A stretch of DNA of 64,000 bases from Bdellovibrionota bacterium (lineage in GTDB: Bacteria; Bdellovibrionota_C; UBA2361; OMII01). Position 1 is the stretch's first letter, and the number at the start of each line of letters is the position of its first letter. Below the pieces are notes generated by a model, which saw only the letters and a list, made by a program, of their open reading frames with translations, was not told the DNA's origin and did no database searches. The stretch is from positions 32,001 through 96,000 of the forward strand of contig JBIJBE010000001.1 of assembly GCA_044345405.1 (NCBI GenBank), written 5' to 3'. A program made the position numbers and the translations under genes. Positions 1 through 11,038 of the stretch are shown piece after piece.

Positions 1-2
1 TG

Positions 3-464
3 GCGGGTCGTACCGGGGCGGCGTTCGCGGCGCAGCTCGGCACGATGCAGGTAAACGAGGAGATCGACGCGCTGAAGACCCTTGGAATCTCGCCCATGCA
101 GTACCTGGTGGTGCCTCGGGTCGTCGCGCTGATTATCATGATGCCCCTTCTGTGTGTCTACGCGGACGCGCTTGGTATTATCGGGGGCGCTCTGGTGAGC
201 TCGCTCACGATGGATATCTCGCTCGTGCAGTATTTCAATCAGGCTCAGACCGCTGTGCACATGCGGGACTTCTGGTTGGGGGTGAGCAAGAGTTGCGTCT
301 TTGGCGTCCTTATCGCTATCGCTGGATGTCTAAGTGGTATCCGGTGTGGCCGAAGCGCCTCCGCGGTTGGAGTCGCGGTGACCTCCGCGGTGGTTTCCGG
401 AATTGTAGCGATCGTTTTATCTGACGCCGTGTTCGCGGTTATCACGGAGATTCTAGGGCTCTAA
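3..464 (+). CDS. mlaE: MlaE-family ABC permease (5'-truncated by window edge)
   Basis: AGRTGAAFAAQLGTMQVNEEIDALKTLGISP...LVVPR motif; frame open to window start; followed by ATPase and MCE genes. Confidence 0.9.
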   Translation, partial: AGRTGAAFAAQLGTMQVNEEIDALKTLGISPMQYLVVPRVVALIIMMPLLCVYADALGIIGGALVSSLTMDISLVQYFNQAQTAVHMRDFWLGVSKSCVFGVLIAIAGCLSGIRCGRSASAVGVAVTSAVVSGIVAIVLSDAVFAVITEILGL

Positions 465-467
465 CGT

Positions 468-1229
468 ATGAACGCGCCACAACCGCACATCACCGTTGAT
501 AACCTCACCATGAAGTACGGAGATTTCCTGATTCAGAAGGACCTCTCGTTTTCTATAAATCGGGGAGATATCTTTATCGTCATGGGCGGGAGCGGGTGCG
601 GAAAAAGCACGCTCCTGAAACACCTCGTAGGGCTCGTCCCACCATCGGCTGGTCGTGTGTTGTATGATGACCAGAGCTTCTGGGAACTCTCCTCCTCGGA
701 TCGCGACGTGTTGCTTCGGCGGGTTGGGATCCTCTACCAGAAGGGGGCCCTTTGGACCTCAATGACACTGGCTGAGAACGTTGCGATGCCCCTTCGGCAG
801 TACACCAACTTCTCAGAATCGGATATTCGAGATATCGCGAGCTACAAGCTGGCGTTGGTGGGGCTCTCCGGATTCGAGGACTACTATCCATCGGAGATAA
901 GTGGTGGTATGCAGAAAAGGGCCGGGTTGGCTCGGGCTATCGCGTTAGATCCTGAGGTGCTCTTCTTTGATGAGCCATCAGCGGGACTTGATCCTATCAG
1001 TTCAAAGCTCCTTGATGATCTGATATTGGAGTTGAATCGAGGGTTAGGGGCGACCATCGTCGTGGTAACCCACGAGCTTCCGAGTATCTTCGCGATCGGC
1101 TCAAACTCGGTATTTCTCGACGCTGATGTGAAGACGATGATAGCGACGGGGGATCCGAAGGAGATGCTACGAAGCTCGAAGGACCCAAGAATTTTACGAT
1201 TCCTCACCAGAGGAGAGCGCGAAGCGTAG
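468..1229 (+). CDS. mlaF: MlaF/Mkl-family ABC ATP-binding protein
   Basis: Walker A GGSGCGKS, signature ISGGMQKR, Walker B FFDEPSAGLDP. Confidence 0.9.
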   Translation: MNAPQPHITVDNLTMKYGDFLIQKDLSFSINRGDIFIVMGGSGCGKSTLLKHLVGLVPPSAGRVLYDDQSFWELSSSDRDVLLRRVGILYQKGALWTSMTLAENVAMPLRQYTNFSESDIRDIASYKLALVGLSGFEDYYPSEISGGMQKRAGLARAIALDPEVLFFDEPSAGLDPISSKLLDDLILELNRGLGATIVVVTHELPSIFAIGSNSVFLDADVKTMIATGDPKEMLRSSKDPRILRFLTRGEREA

Positions 1230-1235
1230 AGACGT

Positions 1236-2123
1236 ATGAGTAAAGAACCCCGATACGCTTGGATAGGAACGTTCGTCGTTGGAGCGGTGTGCCTCATTGT
1301 GACCGCGGTACTGTTCTTTGGACGAGGGCGGCTTTTTGAACACACAACAACCTACATCGCCTTCTTTAGTGGCTCGGTGAAAGGTTTGCAGGTCGGAGCG
1401 CCGGTCAGTTTCCGAGGCGCTCGGGTCGGTAAGGTGAAGGACGTGTCGATCGTTTATAAGCCCGCCAAGGATGAGTTGATCATCCCGGTGCTGCTCGAGC
1501 TCGACGCGGATTCCGTGCGGGGGCTCAATACCGTCGATCACAAAAGAGGGGATGACTCTGAACCAGGATTCATCTCTCGCCTCATTGCTCGCGGCCTCAA
1601 AGCGCAGCTCGGTCTGGACAGTATCGTGACAGGACAGCTCTTCGTGCAGCTCGACTTCATGCCAGAGGTTCCGATACGGATGATGGCCGAGGACGATGAG
1701 GATTATCAGGAGATCCCCACAGCGCCATCACCACTTGAGAAGCTTCAAGAGACCCTCCAACAGATTCCTCTCGCTGAGTTGGCGCAAAAGACGGTCGCCG
1801 CTATTGAGAAGATCGAGGATCTTCTCTCATCGAACGATATCCAGGATGCATTCAGTAACCTTAACGCGCTCATGAAGGAGCTCGAGGTGGTTACGAAGAA
1901 CATAGACTCGAAGACCGATGGTCTCGCTCAGGAGTTTAAGGTGGCTTCCGCGCAGCTCACGACAACGCTCAAGACTTTGCAATCAAGCCTTGAGCAGAGC
2001 GATCCGTTGTTGGGCAAGACATCGGCGGCGATGGATGAGGTTTCTAATTCGGCTCGGGCGCTTCGGCGACTCGCTGATTACCTGGAACAGCATCCTGAGT
2101 CGCTCTTACGAGGAAAACGGTAG
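1236..2123 (+). CDS. MlaD/MCE-domain protein (PqiB-like)
   Basis: N-terminal TM, SVKGLQVGAPVSFRG MCE motif, helical tail ending LEQHPESLLRGK. Confidence 0.88.
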   Translation: MSKEPRYAWIGTFVVGAVCLIVTAVLFFGRGRLFEHTTTYIAFFSGSVKGLQVGAPVSFRGARVGKVKDVSIVYKPAKDELIIPVLLELDADSVRGLNTVDHKRGDDSEPGFISRLIARGLKAQLGLDSIVTGQLFVQLDFMPEVPIRMMAEDDEDYQEIPTAPSPLEKLQETLQQIPLAELAQKTVAAIEKIEDLLSSNDIQDAFSNLNALMKELEVVTKNIDSKTDGLAQEFKVASAQLTTTLKTLQSSLEQSDPLLGKTSAAMDEVSNSARALRRLADYLEQHPESLLRGKR

Positions 2124-2131
2124 GGAGAGAT

Positions 2132-2722
2132 ATGAAATTGGTACAACGAGCTCTCGTCGCGGTTATTATTGTTTCGTCGGTAGGTTGTTTTCGTTCCCCG
2201 CCCTCTCGCTTCTATTCGCTTCTCTCTCAACAAGAGGTCGAGTCGAATCCTCCTCTGTCGTCCGAAGGCATGCAGCTTGAGGTAGCGTCAGTTGTGTTTC
2301 CGCAGTATCTCAACGATCCCCGCATCGCCGTGAGAACTGGTGTTAATGAGATTTCGCGTGATGAGTACGAGCGTTGGATTGAGGATCCAGACGTCAACTT
2401 TAGGCAGGCGTTGCTCGATAACCTCTCCCGAGAATTGAAAAGTAGCAACGTGTTCTCATCGGATGTGTATCCCCAACGTCGCGGCGCTCAGGTTCTTCAG
2501 GTCGAGGTGCTCCAGTTTGATGTTACTGAAGAGGGAGCGGCGCTGTTGAAGGTTCGATGGGCGGCTGGCAGCGATCGCGCCGCGCTCGTTGGCGCTCCGC
2601 TAACGGTTTCAGAGTTTACCGCGCGCGCGGAGCGATCTGACAGCGAGGCGCGGGTTGAGGCTCTAAGTTCGCTCGTTCGTGATTTCGCGCGCAAGATGGC
2701 GGCGCAGCTCGCGCCAAAGTAA
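2132..2722 (+). CDS. PqiC-like ABC auxiliary lipoprotein
   Basis: Lipobox SVGC, RFYSL, FPQYL, ERW motifs; directly after MCE gene. Confidence 0.8.
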   Translation: MKLVQRALVAVIIVSSVGCFRSPPSRFYSLLSQQEVESNPPLSSEGMQLEVASVVFPQYLNDPRIAVRTGVNEISRDEYERWIEDPDVNFRQALLDNLSRELKSSNVFSSDVYPQRRGAQVLQVEVLQFDVTEEGAALLKVRWAAGSDRAALVGAPLTVSEFTARAERSDSEARVEALSSLVRDFARKMAAQLAPK

Positions 2723-2770
2723 GGGGGCCGTCGGGAACCGCGTCATGGCCTCTGATGAGGGGCTAGCTTT

Positions 2771-3199
2771 TTAGGCTGGCTCGACAGACACGATAGGGAC
2801 GCCGTGAGCTATCTCCTGTCCCTTGTTCACATGCACCTTGGTCACGCGTAGGTCGGTCGGCGCCTTAATCGGATTCTCCATCTTCATCGCTTCGATCACG
2901 ACGAGCGTTGCTCCCGCGGATACGATATCGCCCTCGCTCACCTTGATGTCCGAAATGATTCCCGGTAGGGGAGCTCTGACCTCTGGGGGAAGGGCGGTTT
3001 TCGAAGATGATGAGGTGCCGCCGGCGCGCTGTTTTGGGAGATGCTCTACGGTTACCTCCTTCGACGACATCCGAGTGGTCGAGTCGACGGATACGGTGTA
3101 CTCACGGTCATCGATCAGGAAGGTAAGGGAGCTTCCCGTCCTTCTCTTAAGGAATACGGTGAACGTATCGCCCTTAACCGTGACGGTGTACGCACTCAT
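2771..3199 (-). CDS. Biotin carboxyl carrier protein
   Basis: VRAPLPG...EAMKMEN biotinylation motif; start taken at ATG 3199, overlapping upstream stop. Confidence 0.9.
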   Translation of the reverse strand: MSAYTVTVKGDTFTVFLKRRTGSSLTFLIDDREYTVSVDSTTRMSSKEVTVEHLPKQRAGGTSSSSKTALPPEVRAPLPGIISDIKVSEGDIVSAGATLVVIEAMKMENPIKAPTDLRVTKVHVNKGQEIAHGVPIVSVEPA

Positions 3200-3447
3200 C
3201 GAGAGCTCCGGTCGATCGCCTCGAGCCGTCCGGAGGAACGCCACAGAGAGGGAGTTTCATTGCTTGTGTAGATGAGGTTGCCGGACGCGTCGACCGTAAA
3301 GTCTCCCGGGGGTAATCCGTTGCTGAGCGTCGACGCTATCAGCGAGAGCGTTTCTTGAGATACCTCGCCTGAACGAGTGGCACCGAGTACGAACCGAATG
3401 CCGTCATGGGAGAGTGGTGGTGGTAGGGGTGGGCGCAGTCCGCTCAT
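3196..3447 (-). CDS. Small protein, possible acyl-CoA carboxylase epsilon-like subunit
   Basis: Tightly packed between carboxyltransferase and BCCP genes; C-terminal SLWRSSGR motif. Confidence 0.5.
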   Translation of the reverse strand: MSGLRPPLPPPLSHDGIRFVLGATRSGEVSQETLSLIASTLSNGLPPGDFTVDASGNLIYTSNETPSLWRSSGRLEAIDRSSR

Positions 3448-3452
3448 AAGCC

Positions 3453-5003
3453 TTACAGGGGAATATTGCCGTGTTTGCGTTTCGGTGGGCTCTGTCGTTT
3501 GGTTGAGAGGGTGGCGAAGGCTTCAATGACCTTGCTTCGAGTCTCTCGTGGTTTAATGACCGAGTCGATAAAGCCAAGCTCAGACGCCTCCCACGGATTG
3601 GCGAACTTCTCTCGGTAGTCCTTCACAAGTTGGGCCCGCTTTTCGGCCTCTTTACCAACCTTAGCCGCCTCGTCGAGCTCTCGTCGGAAGATGATACTCA
3701 CGGCTCCATCGGATCCCATCACCGCGATCTCAGCCGATGGATAGGCGAAGTTCATATCGGCTCGAATGTGTTTCGACGCCATCACGTCGTACGCGCCTCC
3801 GTATGCCTTTCGGGTGATGACGGTGACCTTCGGCACGGTAGCCTCGGCGAACGCGTAGAGGAGCTTCGCCCCGTGTCGAATAATCCCTCCGTGCTCCTGT
3901 TGCACACCTGGCAAGAAACCCGGTACGTCAACGAGCGTGAGGAGCGGAATGTTGAAGGCGTCACAGAAGCGAACGAATCGAGCCGCTTTCGTGCTCGCGT
4001 TGATATCGAGACATCCGGCCAGGACCGATGGTTGATTCGCGACGACGCCGGTTGAGCGGCCGTTCAGTCGTACAAACCCGACAACGATATTCTGCGCGTA
4101 CGCCCCTTGAACCTCGAAGAAGTGATTTGAGTCAGCTATTGAGGTGATAAGCTCCTTGATATCGTACGGTTGGTTCGGTTGCTCAGGGATTAAGCGGTCG
4201 AGAGCAGGGTCTTCCCTGAGGGCGAGGTCTCCCGAGAACACCATCGGAGCTGGGTCGAGGTTGTTCTGTGGAAGGTACGAGAGGAGCTCTTTGCACATGG
4301 CGATGCACGAGGCGTCATCGGTCGCTTCGAAGTGCGCGACGCCACTGATCGAGGTATGGGTGTCCGCTCCTCCAAGTAGCTCTTTGGAGACATCCTCTTT
4401 GGTCACCGTCTTGATCACATCGGGACCGGTGATGAACATGTGGCTCTTCTCTTTCACCATCAAGATGAAGTCTGTGATTGCGGGTGAGTACACCGCGCCT
4501 CCAGCGCATGGCCCAAGGATGAGAGAGATTTGAGGAACGACCCCTGAGAGGAGGGTGTTGCGAAGGAAGATATCCGCGTATCCCCCGAGACTCTCAACGC
4601 CCTCCTGAATGCGGGCACCACCTGAGTCGTTGAGGCCGATGACCGGGCAACCGATGCGTTCCGCGAGATCCATGATCTTCACGATCTTTTTGGCGTGCAT
4701 CGCCGCGAGGGAGCCTCCAAAGACGGTGAAGTCCTGCGCGAACACGCACACTCTTCTGCCGTTAATCGTACCAGTTCCGGTCACGACGCCGTCTCCCAGG
4801 TAGCGCTTCTCCGCGAGTCCGAAATTAGAGGAACGATGGGTGACGAATTTATCGTATTCGGTAAACGAGCCCTCATCGAGAAGGGTTGTGACTCGCTCTC
4901 GGGCGGTCAATTTTCCGCTCTCATGTTGTCGGGCTACTCGTTCAGCGCCACCACCACTCTCGGCTTCGGCGTTTCGACGCTCAAGTTCATTCGTTTGACT
5001 CAT
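3453..5003 (-). CDS. pccB: Acyl-CoA (propionyl-/methylmalonyl-CoA) carboxyltransferase beta subunit
   Basis: [46 protein letters not shown]. Confidence 0.93.
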   Translation of the reverse strand: MSQTNELERRNAEAESGGGAERVARQHESGKLTARERVTTLLDEGSFTEYDKFVTHRSSNFGLAEKRYLGDGVVTGTGTINGRRVCVFAQDFTVFGGSLAAMHAKKIVKIMDLAERIGCPVIGLNDSGGARIQEGVESLGGYADIFLRNTLLSGVVPQISLILGPCAGGAVYSPAITDFILMVKEKSHMFITGPDVIKTVTKEDVSKELLGGADTHTSISGVAHFEATDDASCIAMCKELLSYLPQNNLDPAPMVFSGDLALREDPALDRLIPEQPNQPYDIKELITSIADSNHFFEVQGAYAQNIVVGFVRLNGRSTGVVANQPSVLAGCLDINASTKAARFVRFCDAFNIPLLTLVDVPGFLPGVQQEHGGIIRHGAKLLYAFAEATVPKVTVITRKAYGGAYDVMASKHIRADMNFAYPSAEIAVMGSDGAVSIIFRRELDEAAKVGKEAEKRAQLVKDYREKFANPWEASELGFIDSVIKPRETRSKVIEAFATLSTKRQSPPKRKHGNIPL

Positions 5004-5186
5004 AGTGGCATGATGTTACCACGGAAGGTGGCTCGGGAAAGGACCTCTTTTGTGAGGGGAGGGCTCGGTCATGTGGCGCTTCAGCACGGCTTTGGATACG
5101 GGTTTGTATGACCCGGTCTTTCATAATGATGTTCGCTTCGAAATCCTTCTTTACTCCCAAAGTGTAGGGGGTCTATCTTCTCTTGT

Positions 5187-6014
5187 ATGGTTACAGTTAC
5201 GTCCCCAGTATCTCGCGCGCTCCGTTCCTTCGCTCTTGGAGCAGTTCTTGTCTTCTCAGGGTGTTCCGAAATGGCACCGCAGCCCCTTCGGACTCCGGAG
5301 CCCGCTGAAAAGATCGTCTTCAATGCCATGTCCTCTTTCTACTGCGCTGAGAAGCGGTGGCCCAAGAGTTGGGATGAACTCGCGCAGTTTGAGGGGCTTT
5401 CAATAGAGGCTCACAGCGCTGTCGGCGAGATGCTCACGCCAGATATCTCCTCGCCACGAGCCATCCTGCTCGTCGTTCGATATAAGAACGCGCAGGGACT
5501 CGATCGGCGGGTTGTCTACATCGCGCCCCCCGAATGTGATGGCGAGGCCGATGCGAAAAGGGTGTCGATGGCCGGCGGTCGGGTAAGCTTTGACCGCCTC
5601 CCTGGTTTTACGCAGCTTGATGGCGCGGCGGTGAAGGCGAAGTGGAAGGATGGCCCATATCCTGATGTCGCATGGCATGACGCGAGCCGTGGGATATTTG
5701 TGACGGTTCGCTTTGGCGAGGTTCCGGTCTCTCCGACGGATCTCCCCGCGCTCAAGGAGGAGCTTGAGGGCGCGTATGAGTCCTCTCTCCGTAATCTGAC
5801 CTGGATTGAGCGAAGTGTCGCCGCTGATGAAGAGCCTCCGAAATTGGTGCATATCCTCTCGAGTGACTCCTCTTCGGGCTCCACGATTTCGTACACTATG
5901 TCGATGTCCTTCGATGAGCGTTTGCTGACGATCTCCGTATCGGGTCCGGCGGAGAGGGAGAAGGGGATCGAACAGGTGGCTGGCTCCCTCCGTCGCTCGT
6001 TGAGGCTTCGGTAG
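5187..6014 (+). CDS. Hypothetical lipoprotein
   Basis: Hydrophobic signal ending FSGC; stop lies 3 nt before the mutase start. Confidence 0.6.
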   Translation: MVTVTSPVSRALRSFALGAVLVFSGCSEMAPQPLRTPEPAEKIVFNAMSSFYCAEKRWPKSWDELAQFEGLSIEAHSAVGEMLTPDISSPRAILLVVRYKNAQGLDRRVVYIAPPECDGEADAKRVSMAGGRVSFDRLPGFTQLDGAAVKAKWKDGPYPDVAWHDASRGIFVTVRFGEVPVSPTDLPALKEELEGAYESSLRNLTWIERSVAADEEPPKLVHILSSDSSSGSTISYTMSMSFDERLLTISVSGPAEREKGIEQVAGSLRRSLRLR

Positions 6015-6017
6015 TCT

Positions 6018-7592
6018 ATGTCCGAGCCACGAACGTACAAGACATCTTCCGGTATGACGATACGGGAGGTGTATGACTCCTCTGAAGCGAGACCTCGCTC
6101 CGACGAGCGTCCAGGAGAGTATCCCTATACTCGCGGAATTCACCGAAGCATGTATCGAGGGAAGGTCTGGACGATGCGGCAGTACGCCGGATTCGGTTCA
6201 GCCGCTGAGACGAACGCCCGCTACCACTTCCTGCTTAAGCAGGGAATTACCGGATTGAGCGTCGCTTTCGATCTCCCGACGCAGATGGGACGCGATCCGG
6301 ACCATCTTGTCGCGCGCGGTGAGGTTGGGCGTGTAGGCGTGTCGATCGCGACCCTCGATGATATGGATCGCCTCTTTCAAGGGATCAAGCTCGAGGATGT
6401 CTCGATCTCGATGACGATCAACGCGACCGCTTCGACTTTGCTCGCCTTTCTGATCGTGCTCGCTGAGCGTCGAGGAGTTCCGCTCACCTCTCTTCGGGGA
6501 ACCACGCAAAACGACATTCTCAAGGAGTATATCGCTCGGGGAACCTACATCTATCCCCCTCGGCCAGGGATGCGGCTCGTCACTGATATCTTCTCGTACT
6601 GCGCCAAACACGTGCCGAATTGGAATACCATAAGCGTCTCTGGGTACCACATTCGCGAAGCGGGGAGCACCGCCGTTGAGGAGGTCGCTTTCACCCTCGC
6701 TGATGGTATCGCCTACGTTGACGCCGCGTTGAAGCGGGGACTCAAGGTTGATGACTTCGCTCCACGTGTGGCGTTCTTCTTTAACTGCCACAACAACTTC
6801 CTTGAGGAGGTCGCTAAGTTCCGCGCAGCGCGGCGCATGTGGGCTCGGATTATGAGGGAGCGGTTCGGTGCGCAAGACCCTCGCTCCATGATGTTGCGCT
6901 TTCACACGCAGACCGCGGGTAGCTCTCTCACCGCGCAACAGCCGCACAATAACGTCGTGCGAACTACCGTTCAGGCGCTCGCGGCTGTGCTTGGGGGAAC
7001 GCAGTCCTTACACACCAACGGCTTCGATGAGGCGCTCGGTTTGCCGACTGAACAGAGCGCTCAGCTCGCGTTGCGCACGCAGCAGATAATCGCTGAGGAG
7101 TCGGGGGTGACCGCATCGGCGGATCCTCTTGGGGGAAGTTACCTCGTTGAGTCCATGACTGACTGGTTAGAGAGCGAGGCCCAGCGGCGGATCGACAAGA
7201 TCGATTCGATGGGTGGAATGCTTTCAGCGATTGAGCAACGGTATCCTCAAGGGGAGATTGAATCCTCCGCGTACGAAGCTCAACGAGCGATAGAGCAGGG
7301 GAGTTCGGTCGTTGTTGGGGTGAATCGGTACTGTGAGCAGAGTCGTGGTGAGGCTCCTTCAGTTTTGAGGATCGATCCGAAGGGAGAGGGTGACCAAGTC
7401 GCTCGAATCGCCGCGTACAGGGCCGGTAGAGACTCGACGAAGGCCGCTGGGTCGCTGTCCTCGCTTGAGGCGGTTGCGCGCTCGGACGCTGAATTGATGC
7501 CCGCGATAGTGGAGTGCGTTCGTTCCTCATGCACGTTAGGAGAGATCTCTGATGCCCTTCGAAGGGTATTCGGTGAGTACAAGGATCTATAG
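6018..7592 (+). CDS. Methylmalonyl-CoA mutase, catalytic large subunit lacking the B12-binding domain
   Basis: [19 protein letters not shown] (Tyr, mutase-type), [26 protein letters not shown]; no DxHxxG domain. Confidence 0.92.
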   Translation: MSEPRTYKTSSGMTIREVYDSSEARPRSDERPGEYPYTRGIHRSMYRGKVWTMRQYAGFGSAAETNARYHFLLKQGITGLSVAFDLPTQMGRDPDHLVARGEVGRVGVSIATLDDMDRLFQGIKLEDVSISMTINATASTLLAFLIVLAERRGVPLTSLRGTTQNDILKEYIARGTYIYPPRPGMRLVTDIFSYCAKHVPNWNTISVSGYHIREAGSTAVEEVAFTLADGIAYVDAALKRGLKVDDFAPRVAFFFNCHNNFLEEVAKFRAARRMWARIMRERFGAQDPRSMMLRFHTQTAGSSLTAQQPHNNVVRTTVQALAAVLGGTQSLHTNGFDEALGLPTEQSAQLALRTQQIIAEESGVTASADPLGGSYLVESMTDWLESEAQRRIDKIDSMGGMLSAIEQRYPQGEIESSAYEAQRAIEQGSSVVVGVNRYCEQSRGEAPSVLRIDPKGEGDQVARIAAYRAGRDSTKAAGSLSSLEAVARSDAELMPAIVECVRSSCTLGEISDALRRVFGEYKDL

Positions 7593-7765
7593 GGTTGGCG
7601 TTCCGTCGATCTTCCCGAGGTGATAGTGGTGTTCTGGTGAGGCCGCCGAGTTTAGGGCTGTGTTCGACCTCTAGTGTTCGCCTAAGTTCTTGAAAAGACC
7701 AGTTTTTATCCCTGGCGCTGCGTTGAGTATAGCCATCGTTTGGCCCATGTTTTGAAATTTTATTT

Positions 7766-7789
7766 ATATATTCTGATATTTGAATATAT
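7766..7789. promoter_or_regulatory. Palindromic ArsR-type operator ATATATTC-N8-GAATATAT
   Basis: Perfect 8-bp inverted repeat in an AT-rich stretch upstream of arsR; overlaps candidate TTGAAA-N17-GATATT promoter (7752-7780). Confidence 0.7.
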
Positions 7790-7847
7790 GATACTCTGAA
7801 TGCACGAATAGCTCGCCAGGTAGGTGGGATTGTCGTCAGGGGGAAAA

Positions 7848-8207
7848 ATGCCTCAGCAACTGCTCGTCGCTCAACAATTGGCGGAGATATTGGCGGTTAT
7901 CGCCCATCCGCATCGCATTCGAATAATTGAGGAGCTCGGTCGTCGAGAGCTCGATGTTCATACATTAGCGGAGAGGCTTAATCTGCGACAATCAACGCTC
8001 TCTCAGCATTTGGCCCAGCTTCGGGCGAAGGGGATTGCGGTCGCGGAGCGTGACGGTAGAACCGTGCGGTATCACCTGACTAATGTGTGGTTAGCGAGTT
8101 GGCTTGTGGACGCCTTTCAGCTTTTGGAGATGCAGAACGACCGGAGCTCTAAGGTCATGGAGGCCGCCAAGGCGGTCAAAAAGATGTGGCGTCTTAAGAG
8201 CCGATAG
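7848..8207 (+). CDS. ArsR/SmtB-family transcriptional regulator (no Cys)
   Basis: AHPHRIRII...LSQHLAQLR...RDGRTVRY winged HTH. Confidence 0.88.
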   Translation: MPQQLLVAQQLAEILAVIAHPHRIRIIEELGRRELDVHTLAERLNLRQSTLSQHLAQLRAKGIAVAERDGRTVRYHLTNVWLASWLVDAFQLLEMQNDRSSKVMEAAKAVKKMWRLKSR

Positions 8208-8227
8208 TCGAGTAACGGGGGAAAGTT

Positions 8228-9913
8228 ATGGGTAGTCAGACGAGCGCCAAGCGGAGTGAACTGCAGATAGCAATGCGGGTTCTTCGCATGCTGCATGGTG
8301 AGTCGCACGACATCGCGGTTGTATTTCTCTACGCTCTAGCGGTAGGTCTTTGCTCTCTTGCCATACCGGTTGGCGTGCAGTCGGTTGTCAACTCGGTAGC
8401 TTTCGGAGTTGTATTGCAACCGCTCGTGGTTGTTACCTGCCTCGTGGGAGGGGTGCTACTCTTCTCCGGCATACTTCGGATTCTGCAGCTTGTGGTTGTG
8501 GAGATTCTCCAGCGACGACTGGTTGTGCGAATCTCACTGGCGTTAGCTGAACGGATACCTCATGTCGAGTTTTCTCAGTTCCGAAGTAAGTACGGACCGG
8601 AGTACGTGTTACGGTTCCTTGAGAGCTTCTCGGCTCAGAAGAACGTCTCGGCTATCCTGCTTGACGGCATCGCGCTTTTTTTCCAGGTCGCGGTCGGTCT
8701 CGTTCTGGTCTCGTTCTACCATCCATTCTTTCTCGCGTTTTCCATCCTGCTGACGCTTCTTCTCGTTGTCTTGGTTGCGCCCCTAGGAGTTGGCGCCGTA
8801 CGCACCGCCATCAAAACATCGGACGCGAAATATGAAGTGGCGACCTGGTTACAGGATCTCGCTCGAGTGCCGATACTTTTTAAGTCTAATCGGGGAGACG
8901 CTTTTGCCATCGAGCGAGCGGATCAGTTGGTGGGTTCCTACCTAGAGTGGCGGCAACGGCACTTTCGCGTTCTTTTGCGACAGATAGTTGGTTCGGTGAC
9001 AATTCAGGTTCTCGCCAACACCCTCCTACTTGGATTGGGAGGATGGCTGGTGATTCGACAACAATTAACCCTCGGGCAGCTCGTGGCGGCGGAACTTATC
9101 ATCGGTGTGATTCTGAGTGGAGTCGCTAAACTTGGTCGGTACCTCGACAAGTTCTACGAGCTGTGTGCCTCGGTAGCGAAATTGGACGCCCTCTTTGACG
9201 TTCCGTACGAAAAGGAGTCCGGCTCGTTCTTCTCCCCAGGGGGTGAGCCCGCGAGTTTGGTGATTAGTAACTTGGTTGTTCGTCACGATGACCACATAGA
9301 TCCGATACTAAATGGAGTGTCGCTCTCAATCGCGCCGGGTGAGAAGGTTGCGATTTGGGGTCAAAACGGGTCTGGAAAGAGCACACTCGTTGATTGCGTC
9401 TATCGCATCACCTCACCTCGGTCGGGTCGAGTCGAGATCGACGGGCACGACGTTCGAGAGGTTCACCCCCTCGAATTAAGAAGTGAGATAGCGCTCGTGC
9501 GAGGTATCGACCTCTTCCACGGAACGATCGAGGAGAATCTTACGCTGTCGAACGGTGGGGCGTCTTCTTCCCGCGTGCGAGAGGCGTTGAGTTTGGTTGG
9601 GGTACTTGAGGATATCTACGCGCTTCCTGATGGGCTCCAAACGGTGCTCCAGGGACAGGCGGAGCCGCTCTCTCGAGGGCAAGTGACGAGACTGATGATC
9701 GCTCGAGCGGTGCTCATGGATCCTCGACTCATCATTATAGACGGCATGCTCGATGGGATCGATGAAAGCACGATCGAGGGGCTGCTTAATGAGCTCACAG
9801 GACCGAAGGCTCGCTGGTCTCTCCTCGTGCTCACGCACGAGAGCACTATCGCCCAACACTTTTCAACATCGTATCAGCTTCACGCGGGAAGCTTGGTGCC
9901 ACGCATACAGTAA
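8228..9913 (+). CDS. ABC exporter, fused permease and ATPase (T1SS-like)
   Basis: TM domain, Walker A GQNGSGKS, LSRGQ signature, atypical Walker B IIIDG. Confidence 0.85.
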   Translation: MGSQTSAKRSELQIAMRVLRMLHGESHDIAVVFLYALAVGLCSLAIPVGVQSVVNSVAFGVVLQPLVVVTCLVGGVLLFSGILRILQLVVVEILQRRLVVRISLALAERIPHVEFSQFRSKYGPEYVLRFLESFSAQKNVSAILLDGIALFFQVAVGLVLVSFYHPFFLAFSILLTLLLVVLVAPLGVGAVRTAIKTSDAKYEVATWLQDLARVPILFKSNRGDAFAIERADQLVGSYLEWRQRHFRVLLRQIVGSVTIQVLANTLLLGLGGWLVIRQQLTLGQLVAAELIIGVILSGVAKLGRYLDKFYELCASVAKLDALFDVPYEKESGSFFSPGGEPASLVISNLVVRHDDHIDPILNGVSLSIAPGEKVAIWGQNGSGKSTLVDCVYRITSPRSGRVEIDGHDVREVHPLELRSEIALVRGIDLFHGTIEENLTLSNGGASSSRVREALSLVGVLEDIYALPDGLQTVLQGQAEPLSRGQVTRLMIARAVLMDPRLIIIDGMLDGIDESTIEGLLNELTGPKARWSLLVLTHESTIAQHFSTSYQLHAGSLVPRIQ

Positions 9914-9925
9914 GGAGAACTGACA

Positions 9926-11035
9926 ATGGTTTTCGACGATGGCCGAGTTGGTGACTTTAGTGATGGTAGTGACTACCTCACCCTTGAAGAGGTAATCGCG
10001 GGGGCTCGCGTTGAGTTGCGGTCTCCTAAGCTTGTTGGGTCTCACGGTAGCTTGAGGTTTGGAGCTCTGTTACTCCTCGTGATGATAGTGCTCTCCGCCG
10101 TGGCGATGATATTCGCTCCTTGGACGCAGAACGTGCGTGGAGTTGGTAAGGTATCCGCCTACTCACCAGATGAGCGACAGCAAAATCTAACCGCCCCCGT
10201 CGACGGAATTATCAGACAGTGGTTCGTTCTTGAGGGGACAAGGGTCAAAAAAGGGCAGAACATCGTCGATGTCGCCGATATCGATCCCGACATTATCTCT
10301 CGCCTGGAACGGGAGCGCGCGGCGCAACAAGCTAAGTTGGACGCCGCTCAAAACGCTGTGGATACCTCTCGCAAAAATCTTGAGCGACAGAGGACCCTCG
10401 TCACCTCGGGGCTGAGCTCACAGCGAGCCGCGGAGTTGGCGGAGCTCGAATATGCCAAGTACCTCTCTGAGGTCTCCTCCGCGTCCGCGGAGTTAGCTCG
10501 CATCGAAACGAAATTAGCCAGACAGGCTTCCCAGTCTATTGTGGCGCCTCGGGATGGGATTGTTCACCGTATCCTTGCTCCGCAGGGCGGGGTGATGGTG
10601 AAAGCGGGGCAGGTATTATCGGTAATTGTCCCGGAGACCGCCAGTCGAGCCGTTGAGTTGACCGTGAGTGGGAACGACGCCCCACTTCTCTCAGTTGGGC
10701 GGCGTGTTCGGTTGCAGTTTGAGGGGTGGCCCGCGGTGCAGTTCGCTGGGTGGCCGTCGGTCGCGGTCGGAACCTTTGGCGGCGTGATTGGAGTGATCGA
10801 TCCGGGCGCAGGAGAGGATGGAACGGTTCGGGTAATCGTATTTCCTGAGAACGGAGAGGAGTGGCCTGACGTGACCTATCTGCGGCAAGGGGTGCGGGTT
10901 ATCGGATGGGTTTTGCTTGACACCGTTAAACTAGGATGGGAGTTGTGGCGACAGTTCAACGGCTTCCCGCCGACCTTGCGAAACGTCAATCCGAAAGGTG
11001 GGGATAGCGAACCCAAAATGGAAGAGGGGGCGTAG
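9926..11035 (+). CDS. HlyD-family membrane fusion protein
   Basis: N-terminal TM, lipoyl-like halves APVDG/APRDG flanking a coiled coil. Confidence 0.88.
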   Translation: MVFDDGRVGDFSDGSDYLTLEEVIAGARVELRSPKLVGSHGSLRFGALLLLVMIVLSAVAMIFAPWTQNVRGVGKVSAYSPDERQQNLTAPVDGIIRQWFVLEGTRVKKGQNIVDVADIDPDIISRLERERAAQQAKLDAAQNAVDTSRKNLERQRTLVTSGLSSQRAAELAELEYAKYLSEVSSASAELARIETKLARQASQSIVAPRDGIVHRILAPQGGVMVKAGQVLSVIVPETASRAVELTVSGNDAPLLSVGRRVRLQFEGWPAVQFAGWPSVAVGTFGGVIGVIDPGAGEDGTVRVIVFPENGEEWPDVTYLRQGVRVIGWVLLDTVKLGWELWRQFNGFPPTLRNVNPKGGDSEPKMEEGA

Positions 11036-11038
11036 CGT

